The notes: generated by a model from the letters alone, not told the origin. Shown: positions 14,670 to 24,180, counted from the stretch's first letter. The stretch: DNA of 32,000 bases from Halogeometricum borinquense DSM 11551 (GCF_000172995.2 NC_014732.1:30001-62000), one strand, 5' to 3'. Numbers and translations are program-made.

Positions 14670-15202
14670 CAGCAGTTTGCGTGTCTGAGTGGTCTATTCT
14701 GCTATTTTTGAGCAGTGCTGGTGAGAGATACAGTCCGAATTCGTTCGAGCAAAGAGAACCTCGACAGTGAAGAAAAACGTCGAACATCTTCGACCGGCGT
14801 ATATAAAACCCCGATATAGACTGGTAAACGTATATCCACAATCGCCGCGACGTACGAAGTAGAACATGTGATACGCTATATCACGGGACGCACCGCGGAC
14901 GGGAGCGCGCGTCACCGACGGGACGGCTGGCACGAGACGGCAACGTCTCCCGCCACCCTGTCGCCGGTATCGCGTGGTCCCGCACCCGAGGAGCGATGCC
15001 ACTATCGCGAGCGGACGCAGACGCTCCAACCGTCGCCGGAGTAGGGAACCACAACGGACGCCAGTTTGCGGTTCCCGACGAACGGGGCGTCCGCACAGTG
15101 CGTCGTCTCCACACGGCCAGCTATCATTACATACCTACCTCTGTAACGAATCCGAGTAGCTGTGCCTCTCAGCGGCAATATATCACTAATATTCGCTAGA
15201 TT

Positions 15203-15625
15203 ATGTTCGAATACCTCGATTCAGCGGGAGGCCTCAATACAACTGTCCACAGGCCGGCTCCGGCGATAGAGCAAAGTACCCTCCGCGAGGATGGTCTAAC
15301 GGATATGATTAAGATGGTCAATCATCTCGTCCGAAAGGACGACTACACGCACGAAGAGTTCGTTGAACGATGGCTAGGCGAGCACACCGACATCGCAAAG
15401 GAGATGCCGGGACTGAAGAAGTACACCACCAGCGTCCCGACAGACCCCGAACGCGCCGAGTACGACGGCATCATCGAACTTTACTTTGAGGACATGGCAG
15501 CACTCTCTGCGGCGTTTGAGTCCGAGGCCGGAGAACGGACAAACGCAGACGCTGCGGAGTTCATCGACATGGAAGCGGGGCCGACGATGTATGTGGAGGA
15601 AACGGTACAACTGGACGAGACCTGA
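15203..15625 (+). CDS. EthD-domain protein
   Basis: EthD-like core MIKMVNHLVRKDDYTHEEFVERWLGEHTDIAKEMPGLKKYTTS..ELYFEDMAAL. The ATG at 15203 has an AT-rich box (AATATATCAC, 15176-15185) about 18-27 nt upstream. The internal ATG at 15305 would give a canonical protein of about 106 aa, so the start is uncertain. Confidence 0.7.
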   Translation: MFEYLDSAGGLNTTVHRPAPAIEQSTLREDGLTDMIKMVNHLVRKDDYTHEEFVERWLGEHTDIAKEMPGLKKYTTSVPTDPERAEYDGIIELYFEDMAALSAAFESEAGERTNADAAEFIDMEAGPTMYVEETVQLDET

Positions 15626-15707
15626 TCCATAGATACGAGCGAGCGATTTTCTACACGTCGGTTAGCCCGTGTAAGTAGCGCCGCAGGAAACACTTCTAAG
15701 ATGCAAC

Positions 15708-15896
15708 TCAGTCGTCGGAGTCGGCGGAGCCGACCACCTTGGCTATCTCTTCGGCCGACAGCATCTCATCGAGCCGTTTACCTCCCTCGTGCCGCTCAAT
15801 CGCCTCAACAGTGAGGTACGGTTCGAGTTCACCCGCCAACAAGGCGGCTCTAAGTTGCGATTCCACATCGTCGGGGTCGTAACCGGAGACTGGCAT
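15708..15896 (-). CDS. Small acidic hypothetical protein (62 aa)
   Basis: ORF MPVSGYDPDDVESQLRAALLAGELEPYLTVEAIERHEGGKRLDEMLSAEEIAKVVGSADSDD. Its composition is haloarchaeal-like and it lies downstream of the HD gene on the same strand. I recognise no family. Confidence 0.45.
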   Translation of the reverse strand: MPVSGYDPDDVESQLRAALLAGELEPYLTVEAIERHEGGKRLDEMLSAEEIAKVVGSADSDD

Positions 15897-15990
15897 GTTC
15901 GAACACACGGCCTCTCACACCGTATGTCTTTGTTCGGCTGAATCAACGGGTCGAGAGAAATACGGAGTTGCCGGCTCCCTCGAACAACGG

Positions 15991-16593
15991 TCAGGACGTT
16001 TGCGAATACTTCTCAACCCACTCTTGCAAGCTGATTCCCATCGTCGCCTGCGTAATGGCGTTCGAGGACGCCGAATTAGCGCTCTTGACGAGTTCAGCTT
16101 CGAGCGTCCGCGTCGGTATTTCACCGATAAAGTGTGGGATGGCACGCTGGACAGCCAGTGGACAGCCGACTTCGTGGGCGAGAGCATACCCCGACAGCGA
16201 ATGGGGGACCTCCGCAGTGGCGTACTCGGGGTCAGGGGTAGAGAGCACGTCGTCATCGACGAAATCCACGTATTCGTAGCACTTGCCCACGTCGTGGAGG
16301 AGACAAGCGGCCCGAATCACGTCGAAGTCGGGGTCGGCACCGTGGAAATCGCGCTGTTCTTCCGCAGACTGGACCGCGATTCGGGTGACACCGCGAACGT
16401 GTTCGACGTTGGTCACCTCGTGGATGTTCCACGCGTATGGGATGTCCTCGATATCGGTCCATCCGCCGCGTTCGAGTCCGAGACACCACGCCTCGATCAC
16501 CTGTTCGCGGAGTGTCTCGGCTTCAATATCGGCTATTTCGGGGAACGAATCTTTGACCTGTGACCGGTAGTCCCGAGTATGTTCGTCAGTCAT
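15991..16593 (-). CDS. HD-domain metal-dependent phosphohydrolase
   Basis: 200-aa ORF with the H..HD..H pattern (VEHVRGV, AACLLHDVGK, VPHSLSGYALAHE). Confidence 0.8.
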   Translation of the reverse strand: MTDEHTRDYRSQVKDSFPEIADIEAETLREQVIEAWCLGLERGGWTDIEDIPYAWNIHEVTNVEHVRGVTRIAVQSAEEQRDFHGADPDFDVIRAACLLHDVGKCYEYVDFVDDDVLSTPDPEYATAEVPHSLSGYALAHEVGCPLAVQRAIPHFIGEIPTRTLEAELVKSANSASSNAITQATMGISLQEWVEKYSQTS

Positions 16594-16690
16594 CCATCAC
16601 CACCCGGGTTCGCCGCTCGGCGAATCGCTCGGCGAACCCCTCGTCTGCCACCCCGTCCTTCCGGACAAGCAAAGCTACGTGCTTGTACAT
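16586..16690 (-). pseudogene. 34-codon EthD-like N-terminal fragment or leader ORF overlapping the HD gene start
   Basis: My own translation gives MYKHVALLVRKDGVADEGFAERFAERRTRVVMDD*. It aligns with the N-terminus of the EthD protein at 15305 (MIKMVNHLVRKDDYTHEEFVERWLGEH). Its TGA overlaps the HD ATG by 8 nt. A TATA-like ATTTATAAT (16719-16727) lies 29-37 nt upstream of its ATG. Confidence 0.4.
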
Positions 16691-16871
16691 GGTGTCTACT
16701 CTGCTTTCACCCGCACAGATTATAAATCGTGAGGAAATTTCCAGTGGTCAACAATCGCGAGGTTACCAGTTTCCTCGCATGAACACGCCAAGAGAGGTCG
16801 CAAGGTGAGACACGAATAGTAAGACGCTACAGTAGAGACGTAACGGTTGAACGGCAAACTGCGACTGGCAG

Positions 16872-17096
16872 TCAGATATCTGTTGGGACGATAGAGCGAA
16901 CAGAGAGCGTCTCCTCGCACTCGGGACACCGCTCAACACGGGCGGCACCATACACGTCACAATGGTACGAGGCATCGCCGCCCTGACCAAGCAGCAGTCC
17001 ACACGACGGACACGGTTCTGGCCCGGAGTCGGCAGTTCCAAGCAAGCGGGCGAGCGGTCGAGACGCGTTTTGAAGCATCGTGGTACCGTGGGACAT
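16872..17096 (-). CDS. Small zinc-ribbon (CPxCG-type) protein
   Basis: 74-aa ORF with CPSCG..(22)..CPEC. This resembles the small CPxCG zinc-finger proteins abundant in haloarchaea. Confidence 0.55.
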   Translation of the reverse strand: MSHGTTMLQNASRPLARLLGTADSGPEPCPSCGLLLGQGGDASYHCDVYGAARVERCPECEETLSVRSIVPTDI

Positions 17097-18071
17097 AGTA
17101 CGTAATAATACTTTAGGTTAGTTCAGTGTACGTGTTCTGTCTCAAATCAGCACGAGTTCGTTGGAAAGAGACGTATCTGAGTTGTTATTTATAATTTCAA
17201 TATGAAATACTACAGATATAGTGGTTAGAATTATATATTCGAGAACTGGCCGAGGAAGTCATCCCATAACAAGCGGGTCGGTTCGGTTGCAGACTGCGAC
17301 GCGGTTGCTCGAAGGACTCACTGCGACTCAACAAAAGTAATTACATGATGTTGAATTAACATTAATTGTATTTCAATTACTGCTGCCATTCCAACAAAAT
17401 AAAATTTAATAGAGGTGTTCTAGAGATAGAGAGTACACTGCCCCAATACGGGTATTCAACAGTTGCAGAAATGACCGGAACTTATCAAACGGCAACTCAA
17501 ATAAGTTTCGTGGTTTTTGCCACTAATAGAAGTTTAAACGGTCGTGTAGACACTTTCATCACTCCTTCGAGATCCAGCCATTACACACATACTGTTGTAA
17601 TTGAAATTCAAGTAATCTTATATATTTGTCTGAGAGTAGCAAACATTATAATATGAACTGACAAGAAATATTTGCTATCGGACGAAGGTCTCGTTAAGCC
17701 GGCGAAAAGAGATACGGAGGCTAGCAAGAATCACTCTGTTTGATGGGGATATAGAGGTACTCGGACACTTCCGGGTGAGTTTCCAGTCAGCAGAACAGCA
17801 CTGGTCGGCCGAGAGTTCGATATTCCAACGGATAAAATCTCGGCGAGTGCGAGAAAGCGGTAAATCGGTAGTTTAGCGTCTCTAGGACCGCCCGATAGAC
17901 GAGTTAGACTGTAACCAGTCAGTACAAGAAACAGTCAGGGGAAAGTATCTATCCTCCGAGCAGTTCTATCGTCATGATCGCCTCCATGGAGAACGCGTTC
18001 TGAAGTCTAATCTGTGAACAAGTGACAGTGACTCTATAACCAAACCCGTGGAAGTGTATCTCATCGATATT

Positions 18072-18197
18072 ATGACCAATGGTAGCCGAAGACATCCACG
18101 GTGTACACAGTGCGGCGCACCGCTGACCCGCGCAGTGACCGGGACACTGGTCCTCTCAGCGACCGCACTGTGTCCAGACTGCGACCGAAGTGGATGA
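18072..18197 (+). CDS. Candidate 41-aa zinc-ribbon micro-protein
   Basis: My own translation gives MTNGSRRHPRCTQCGAPLTRAVTGTLVLSATALCPDCDRSG*. It has two CxxC pairs and sits in a GC-richer patch inside an otherwise non-coding region. It is too short for the ORF track. Confidence 0.3.
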   Translation: MTNGSRRHPRCTQCGAPLTRAVTGTLVLSATALCPDCDRSG

Positions 18198-18398
18198 CGA
18201 GAACGCTCAGAGTTCACATCAGGCACCGAAACCGAGCGGCCCTGTTCGTCGAAGAGAGATCACAGACACCGACGAGATCCCTCGAAACGGGATCAAAACG
18301 GTAGTTCGCTGTTAAGTCGATATTCGAGACGATAACTATTTTGGTTAATGGTGTAAGTTCTCCATGGACTGGAGAAACATCTTCAATGATGACGGGCG

Positions 18399-18626
18399 GT
18401 GCCGGCGGTGAATACGCCCGCAAAGCGCAGTTATAAGAAGCGAGGAGAGAGGCACGAGGGGCAATCTACGGAGTGGTACGAGCGCGAAGTCCCGGGTATC
18501 GTCTCCGGACTCGAAACATCCAATCGCCTCAGCAACCGGACGGCCAAAGTCGCGCGACGGCTCATACAACAGGGACACCACCGGACGGCACTCCACCTCG
18601 TCATGGACGAAGTAAACGACTCCTAA
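18399..18626 (+). CDS. Hypothetical small basic protein (GTG start)
   Basis: 75-aa ORF whose third-position G+C looks coding-like by eye. It ends 60 nt upstream of the next gene. No family recognised and no ATG start. Confidence 0.25.
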   Translation: MPAVNTPAKRSYKKRGERHEGQSTEWYEREVPGIVSGLETSNRLSNRTAKVARRLIQQGHHRTALHLVMDEVNDS

Positions 18627-18686
18627 TCAGACGACAGGAATCCATAGCCAACAAATAGATTTTCCGTCAATCGTCATAGGATACGT

Positions 18687-19877
18687 ATGCAAACGGTAGT
18701 CCTCGCGGCAGGCGTTGGCAGTCGAATGTGGCCGCTCACGGCATCGAGACCGAAACCGATGCTTCCCGTTGCCGGGAAGCCCCTCGTTGCACACACCGTT
18801 GACGCCGCCGTCGAGGCGGGAGCGACGGAAATTGTCCTCGTTGTCGGATACGAAGCTGACGACGTGCGCTCGTTTTTCGGTACGGAGTATGCGGGTGTCC
18901 CTGTCGAGTACGCGGTCCAAGCAGAACAACTCGGGACGGCAGACGCCGTCCGGTCGGCACTGGAAGTACTCGAAGACGGATCGTTCGCCGTCCTCAACGG
19001 CGACGCGCTCTACGACGTGCCATCGCTAACGAACCTCTACGACGGCGGTCCCGCGGTTGGGTCGTTCGAAGTCGAGGACCCGACCTCCTACGGAGTCTTG
19101 AAGACAGACGGATCAGGCTACGTCGCCGGGGTGGTCGAAAAGCCGAGTAACCCGCCGTCGAACCTCATCAATGCGGGCGCGTACGTGTTTCCCGAAGCGG
19201 CACACGGATGGTTGCTCGACGTAGAGGCGTCCGAACGCGGCGAACTCGAACTGACGGATGTCCTCTCGCGTTCGTGCGAGACGTACGACGTGCGAACGGT
19301 GGCATTCGACCGGTGGTTGGACGTGGGCCGGCCGTGGGAGCTACTCGAAGCCAACGAGTGGAAACTCAGCGAACTGGAAACGCGAATCGACGGTGACGTG
19401 AGCGAGGACGCGGAGCTGAACGGTCCCGTCGTCGTCGAAGAGGGTGCAAAAGTGCGCTCGGGCGTCGTTATCGACGGACCTGCGCTCATTCAGTCCGGCG
19501 CGTCAGTTGGACCGAACGCGTACGTCCGCGGCGCGACATTGATCTGTGAGGATGCAAAAGTCGGCCACGCGGTCGAAGTGAAAAACAGCGTTCTCATGGA
19601 GGATGCAACAGTGGGCCACCTCGCGTACGTCGGTGACAGCGTTCTCGGCCGCAACGTGAACTTCGGAGCCGGAACCAACGTTGCCAACCTGCGCCACGAC
19701 GGTGCGAACGTGAAACTGACCGTCAAAGACACACGTGTGGATACTGGCCGCCGCAAACTCGGAGTCGTTATCGGCGACGGCGCAAAAACGGGAATCAACA
19801 GCAGCCTCAATGCGGGCGTGGTCCTCTCACCGGAAGCGACGGTGATGCCGGGCGAGTCGGTTACACGCGACCGCTAA
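18687..19877 (+). CDS. Bifunctional sugar-1-phosphate nucleotidyltransferase / left-handed-beta-helix acyltransferase (archaeal GlmU-like paralog)
   Basis: N-terminal VVLAAGVGSRMWPLTASRPKPMLPVAGKPL nucleotidyltransferase motif. C-terminal hexapeptide repeats (..VGPNAYVRGATLICEDAKVGHAVEVKNSVLMEDATVGHLAYVGDSVLGRNVNFGAG..). Confidence 0.85.
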   Translation: MQTVVLAAGVGSRMWPLTASRPKPMLPVAGKPLVAHTVDAAVEAGATEIVLVVGYEADDVRSFFGTEYAGVPVEYAVQAEQLGTADAVRSALEVLEDGSFAVLNGDALYDVPSLTNLYDGGPAVGSFEVEDPTSYGVLKTDGSGYVAGVVEKPSNPPSNLINAGAYVFPEAAHGWLLDVEASERGELELTDVLSRSCETYDVRTVAFDRWLDVGRPWELLEANEWKLSELETRIDGDVSEDAELNGPVVVEEGAKVRSGVVIDGPALIQSGASVGPNAYVRGATLICEDAKVGHAVEVKNSVLMEDATVGHLAYVGDSVLGRNVNFGAGTNVANLRHDGANVKLTVKDTRVDTGRRKLGVVIGDGAKTGINSSLNAGVVLSPEATVMPGESVTRDR

Positions 19878-19977
19878 CGCTCGCTGACAGCGTTTCTTAG
19901 AGAAACGAAGAAAGCAGAAAGCGACTGCTGGCGTACGACGCCCTTCGGGACAGGATTGAAAGGACAGACCGCCGCTA

Positions 19978-20463
19978 TTACTCGCGTTTTCGGCTGTAAA
20001 CGCCCATAAACGTCTCGAACAGTTCTGGCTCGAGGTTGAACTGGACATCGACGAGTTCGTTCTCGGCGTCGTAGTTCACCCGTTGAACGTCGATGACATC
20101 GAGAATCGTCTCCATTGCGTCGATTGTCGAGTCGCTCGGTCCCTGCTCGATCCTGATTCCTTCCTCGTCCACCGCGAGGGAGAGCCCATCAATACGTGTC
20201 TGGTAGGAGCCTTTCGAGGTGCTGAGAAGCGGATTACAACGCTCGACGAGGCCGAGTTCGTTCAGACGGTCGAGGCGACGGTATATCGTGGATTCAGAGA
20301 CGTCACAGGAGTCTGCTAGCTCCTCTGCCGTGACTGGCCCTTGCTTGCCCGCAACCAGGATTTTGCGCGCAACGTCGTCTCCGAGCGCGTCAAGGAGGTC
20401 ATCACTCTCGACTTCCTCCAAGAGGAGGGACGACGATGCAACCCAATGTGTGCTCGCTGCCAT
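19978..20463 (-). CDS. Winged-helix (ArsR/TrmB-like) transcriptional regulator with a C-terminal extension
   Basis: 161-aa ORF containing ARKILVAGKQGPVTAEELADSCDVSESTIYRRLDRLNELGLVER. Confidence 0.75.
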   Translation of the reverse strand: MAASTHWVASSSLLLEEVESDDLLDALGDDVARKILVAGKQGPVTAEELADSCDVSESTIYRRLDRLNELGLVERCNPLLSTSKGSYQTRIDGLSLAVDEEGIRIEQGPSDSTIDAMETILDVIDVQRVNYDAENELVDVQFNLEPELFETFMGVYSRKRE

Positions 20464-20741
20464 GGAGTCATCTATGGAGATTACCTACCTTATGTAATCA
20501 CCACATACTGAGAACGCTGTGAGAGTAGTCCGACCGTACCGGTCCCCGTAAGCATCTCATACCGGAACGTGAGAATAACCTTCAAAAACTGCAAGAAGGC
20601 ATCTCTCGGTGTTTTTGGAGATCAATTGTATATTATTAGAGATTTAACGCCACTTTATCCGGGTTAGACTGTCAGATTGTATAGATAATCTTGGTGTTGT
20701 GTTGACAACCAAAGAGCGCCGCCAAGCCCGGCGCGCGCATG

Positions 20742-22559
20742 TCAGTGTACAGTCACCGATTTGGCAAGATTGCGCGGCTTATCGATGGGGCGGTCAAGGA
20801 GATCTGCAGCGTGGTACGCGACCAGTTGGAGTTGGACGCTTACCGGGATACCAGCAACGTCGGGATGTGTTTCTGGAATCGAAAGTACGTAGTCAGCGAA
20901 CTCCGCGATTTCGCTGTCAGTCTTGCTCGTAATAGCGATGACTGGCGCACCGCGGGCCTGTACCTCCTTCATGCTGCTCAGAGTCGCCTCGTCCTCGAAC
21001 CCGGTGAAAATAGCGAACACCGGCGTGTTCGGTGTGACGAGCGCCAACGGTCCGTGCTTGAGCTCTGACGCAGCGAATCCCTCGGCGTGCTCGTACGTGA
21101 TCTCCTTGAACTTCAGCGCGCCCTCTAGCGCCGCCGAGTGAGCGATGCCGCGGCCGATGAAGAAGTACGACTCGCTGTCTTCGATTTCCTGCGCGAGTGC
21201 CGGTGCGACGGAGGTGTCGAGTATCTCCTGAACGTGACCGGGGAGACGCGACAGCGCCTCGACGAGTTCTCGGCCGTCAGTGGTTCGAGTGCCGGTGATG
21301 TCCTCGACCAGTCGTTCGCCGAGGAGCGATAGGGCCGTAACCTGCGAACAGAACGTCTTGGTCGCGGCAACGCCGATTTCTGGGCCGGCGCGGATGAGAA
21401 GCGTATCCTCACACTCACGGGTGATAGATGACCCGACAGTGTTGGTGACCGCGACAGTGTCGGCACCGGCGCTCTTCGCGCGGCGGATCGCGTCGAGCGT
21501 GTCTGCGGTCTCACCGCTCTGTGTGACGGCGATGACCAATGTTCCGTCCGTTACGGGTGGACAGACCAGTCCGTACTCGCCTGCTTGGAACGCGTACGCC
21601 GGAACACCCCGCGAAGAGAGCATCGACGACGCATACATCGCGGCGTGATACGAAGTTCCCATGCCGACGAACTGGACCTGATCGACATCTGTGAACGTTT
21701 CCGGCGGGAACTCGTCCAGTTCGACGGTTCCAGTGAGCGCGTTCAAGCGGCCATGAATGGTGTTACGGAGCGAACCCGGCTGTTCGTGAATCTCTTTGAG
21801 CATGAAGTGCTCGTAGCCGCCCTTGCTTGCGGTTTCGGCGTTCCACTCGACGCGCTGGACTTCGCGCGAGACGGACCGACCCGCCCCGTCAGTAATCTCG
21901 TAGCCGTCGGGTTCGACGACGACGAAGTCACCATCGTGAAGGTAGACGACTTGGTCCGTGTGCTCGATAAACGCCGGAACGTCACTGGCGAGGAAGTACT
22001 GACCCGGGCCGATACCGAGACAGAGCGGCGACCCCGAACGAGTCGCGTAGATGGCCTCGTCGCCACCGATGATGGCGGCGATGGCGTACGTTCCCGAGAG
22101 CCGGGCGATGGCTGATCGGAAGGCCTCTTCTTCGGTTGCACCGGTGTTGAGTTCCGCTTCGATGAGATGTGGGACGACTTCGGTGTCCGTGTCGCTGGCG
22201 AAGACGTGCCCGTTCGACTCAAGTTCCTTCTTCAGGGACTGATAGTTCCCGATGATGCCGTTGTGAACGACGGCGATGCGCCCGGATTCGTCCGTGTGCG
22301 GATGTGCGTTCTCGTCGGTCACCCCTCCGTGGGTGGCCCAGCGAGTGTGTCCGATTCCGAGGCTGCCCGACATGGGATCAGACTCGACGGCCGCGACCAG
22401 TTCGGACACTTCACCGACCTTTTTGTTCAGTTCGATGCTGGAACCGTTTTTGACGGCGAGACCTGCGGAGTCGTAGCCGCGATACTCTAGCCGTTCGAGT
22501 CCTTCCAACAACGGTTCGACCGTATCGTCCTGCCCGATGCACGCGGTAATTCCACACAT
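20742..22559 (-). CDS. glmS: Glutamine--fructose-6-phosphate aminotransferase (isomerizing)
   Basis: Starts MCGITACIG (Ntn catalytic Cys2), followed by GATase-2 and two SIS domains, and ends ..PRNLAKSVTVH. The 749-aa ORF in the track is this gene plus a spurious in-frame upstream extension into glmU. Confidence 0.95.
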   Translation of the reverse strand: MCGITACIGQDDTVEPLLEGLERLEYRGYDSAGLAVKNGSSIELNKKVGEVSELVAAVESDPMSGSLGIGHTRWATHGGVTDENAHPHTDESGRIAVVHNGIIGNYQSLKKELESNGHVFASDTDTEVVPHLIEAELNTGATEEEAFRSAIARLSGTYAIAAIIGGDEAIYATRSGSPLCLGIGPGQYFLASDVPAFIEHTDQVVYLHDGDFVVVEPDGYEITDGAGRSVSREVQRVEWNAETASKGGYEHFMLKEIHEQPGSLRNTIHGRLNALTGTVELDEFPPETFTDVDQVQFVGMGTSYHAAMYASSMLSSRGVPAYAFQAGEYGLVCPPVTDGTLVIAVTQSGETADTLDAIRRAKSAGADTVAVTNTVGSSITRECEDTLLIRAGPEIGVAATKTFCSQVTALSLLGERLVEDITGTRTTDGRELVEALSRLPGHVQEILDTSVAPALAQEIEDSESYFFIGRGIAHSAALEGALKFKEITYEHAEGFAASELKHGPLALVTPNTPVFAIFTGFEDEATLSSMKEVQARGAPVIAITSKTDSEIAEFADYVLSIPETHPDVAGIPVSVQLQLVAYHAADLLDRPIDKPRNLAKSVTVH

Positions 22560-22560
22560 G

Positions 22561-23733
22561 TTATGCTGCCACCTCTGATTTCTCGCGGACGGGTCCGTCC
22601 ACGACGACACCGGCACCGACGGTGGCCTCGGCGCCGACACTGCTACCTGCCGCAAGTGTCGCGTTCGCACCGACCGTAGCACGGTCGGCGACGATACTTC
22701 CGATTTTGCGGTCCGTGTAGAGTCTACCATCCACGACGACATCCGCTCGTCCGCCCGGCGAGGCGACGCAATCTCCGATACGCGCGCCAGACCCGACGAC
22801 GGAGTCACGAAGAAGCGTGTGCGCCCCGACGTGCGCGTCAGTCGAGAGGATGGACCGCTCGACGACGGCGTTGGCTCCGACGTGGACGTTGTCCTGCAGA
22901 CACGTCCCCGGACGAATGACCGCACCGGGACCCACGTCACAGTCTTTACCGATAACGACCGGTCCCTCGACGACTGCGGACTCGTGGACACGTGCGGAGT
23001 CTGCGACGTACACGTCCGAACCGAAGCGACTGCCCAACAGCGTCTCGGAAACCGAAAGTAGCTGCCACGGTGTCGAGGGATCGAGCCACCCGCCGTTGAC
23101 GAGGATGGACGTGACGGGACCGTCGAGATGTTCGATGGCGTCCGTTAGTCGAATCTCGCCTTGCCACGGTTCGGTCCGGTCGAGGGCGGCAAACACCGAC
23201 TCGTCGAACACATAGACGCCCGCGTTTACGACGTAGCCCTCGCGTTCGACCGGATGTTCGTCGATGTCCGCGATGAGACCACGGTTAGTGATGACGACGC
23301 CGTACTCCTCGGGAGTATCCGAGTGGGCCACTGCCACGGTGGCAGCGCAGTCGGTCGAATCGTAGCGCTCCAGCGTCGATGTCACGATTGCAGCGTTGAT
23401 GATGCTGTCTCCGTTGACGACGAGGAACTCGCCGTTTACCATTCCAGTCGCCTGCAGCAACGCATGGCCGCTTCCGAGCCGAGATGGCTGCTGGACGAAC
23501 TCGATGTTCGCGCCCTTATACTCGGCAGTGAGGTGCGTCTGGATGCGATCCCCACGATAGCCGACGACCACGACGACCCGTTCGATACCACTCTCAACGA
23601 GTGCATCGAGAACGTAGTCGATGACCGGTCGGTTTGCGACTGGAAGCATCGGCTTTGGGAGGTACTTCGTGAGCGGACGAAGTCGTCGTCCCTCACCTGC
23701 GGCGAGGACCACTGCCTCGCTGACAGCACTCAT
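22561..23733 (-). CDS. glmU: Bifunctional UDP-GlcNAc pyrophosphorylase / GlcN-1-P acetyltransferase (archaeal GlmU type)
   Basis: VVLAAGEGRRLRPLTKYLPKPMLPV nucleotidyltransferase motif plus C-terminal hexapeptide repeats. Its stop is 1 nt from the glmS start, so they look like one operon. Confidence 0.85.
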   Translation of the reverse strand: MSAVSEAVVLAAGEGRRLRPLTKYLPKPMLPVANRPVIDYVLDALVESGIERVVVVVGYRGDRIQTHLTAEYKGANIEFVQQPSRLGSGHALLQATGMVNGEFLVVNGDSIINAAIVTSTLERYDSTDCAATVAVAHSDTPEEYGVVITNRGLIADIDEHPVEREGYVVNAGVYVFDESVFAALDRTEPWQGEIRLTDAIEHLDGPVTSILVNGGWLDPSTPWQLLSVSETLLGSRFGSDVYVADSARVHESAVVEGPVVIGKDCDVGPGAVIRPGTCLQDNVHVGANAVVERSILSTDAHVGAHTLLRDSVVGSGARIGDCVASPGGRADVVVDGRLYTDRKIGSIVADRATVGANATLAAGSSVGAEATVGAGVVVDGPVREKSEVAA

Positions 23734-24180
23734 CCGTGTACCTCCCGGAACGGACGAATCGACAGCGTACCGTTCGGCCGGGTGGCGCGTAGTGGCATAC
23801 TACGATAGGAGGACCCAACTGGCATTGTTATAAGCATCGTGTCCAAACCGCAGTGAGACGTTAGGGCGACCGTTGTCAGAGAATGGCCCGCCTGATTCCG
23901 GCATCTTGTAGCCTCTATGAGAGTTCTACGATCAATCAGTCACTAATCTAATCTAAATCAGTAGTTCTGACGTAAGACACTGCTAAGAAACAGAGACAGT
24001 AATTCCGGATTATATTTCAGACGCGAAAGAAAGCTTGGACAAGATATAATCGTAGTCGTTCACTGTCAAGTCTGTGGAGACGGCGTAAACGGTGCAAACG
24101 AGAGAGCAGTATGTAGTGGGATGACAAATCAAGTACGTGAATCGAGTGTAAGCAGGCGAAGAACCGTAAAAAAGTCCGAG

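Noticed and set aside
14996-15199. A 67-aa ORF, with other 60-77-aa ORFs, in the GC-rich spacer before the EthD gene.
   Set aside because: The overlapping ORFs in three frames are all basic and low-complexity with no family resemblance. The segment is better treated as non-coding (see the structured-segment finding).
17366-17656. A 96-aa ORF (TTG start) inside the AT-rich stretch.
   Set aside because: It has a non-ATG start and an Ile/Asn/Tyr/Phe-rich translation that simply reflects the AT composition. That is very unlike the acidic proteome of the rest of the window, and no motif is present.
16731-17795. A possible replication origin: ORB-like TTTCCAGTGG at about 16738-16747 and GTTTCCAGTCAG at about 17780-17791 flanking the AT-rich stretch.
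   Set aside because: The matches cover only the short core of the archaeal origin recognition box. They lack the adjacent G-string, are not in inverted orientation, and no orc1/cdc6 gene is nearby. The first motif lies inside an ordinary promoter-region inverted repeat (GAGGAAA..TTTCCTC).
22560-22991. An N-terminal 144-aa extension of the glmS ORF (the 749-aa ORF in the track).
   Set aside because: The extension overlaps the 3' end of glmU in another frame and is Ser/Arg/Pro-rich. GlmS must begin with Met-Cys, since the Ntn catalytic Cys has to be residue 2, and MCGITAC starts at 22559.
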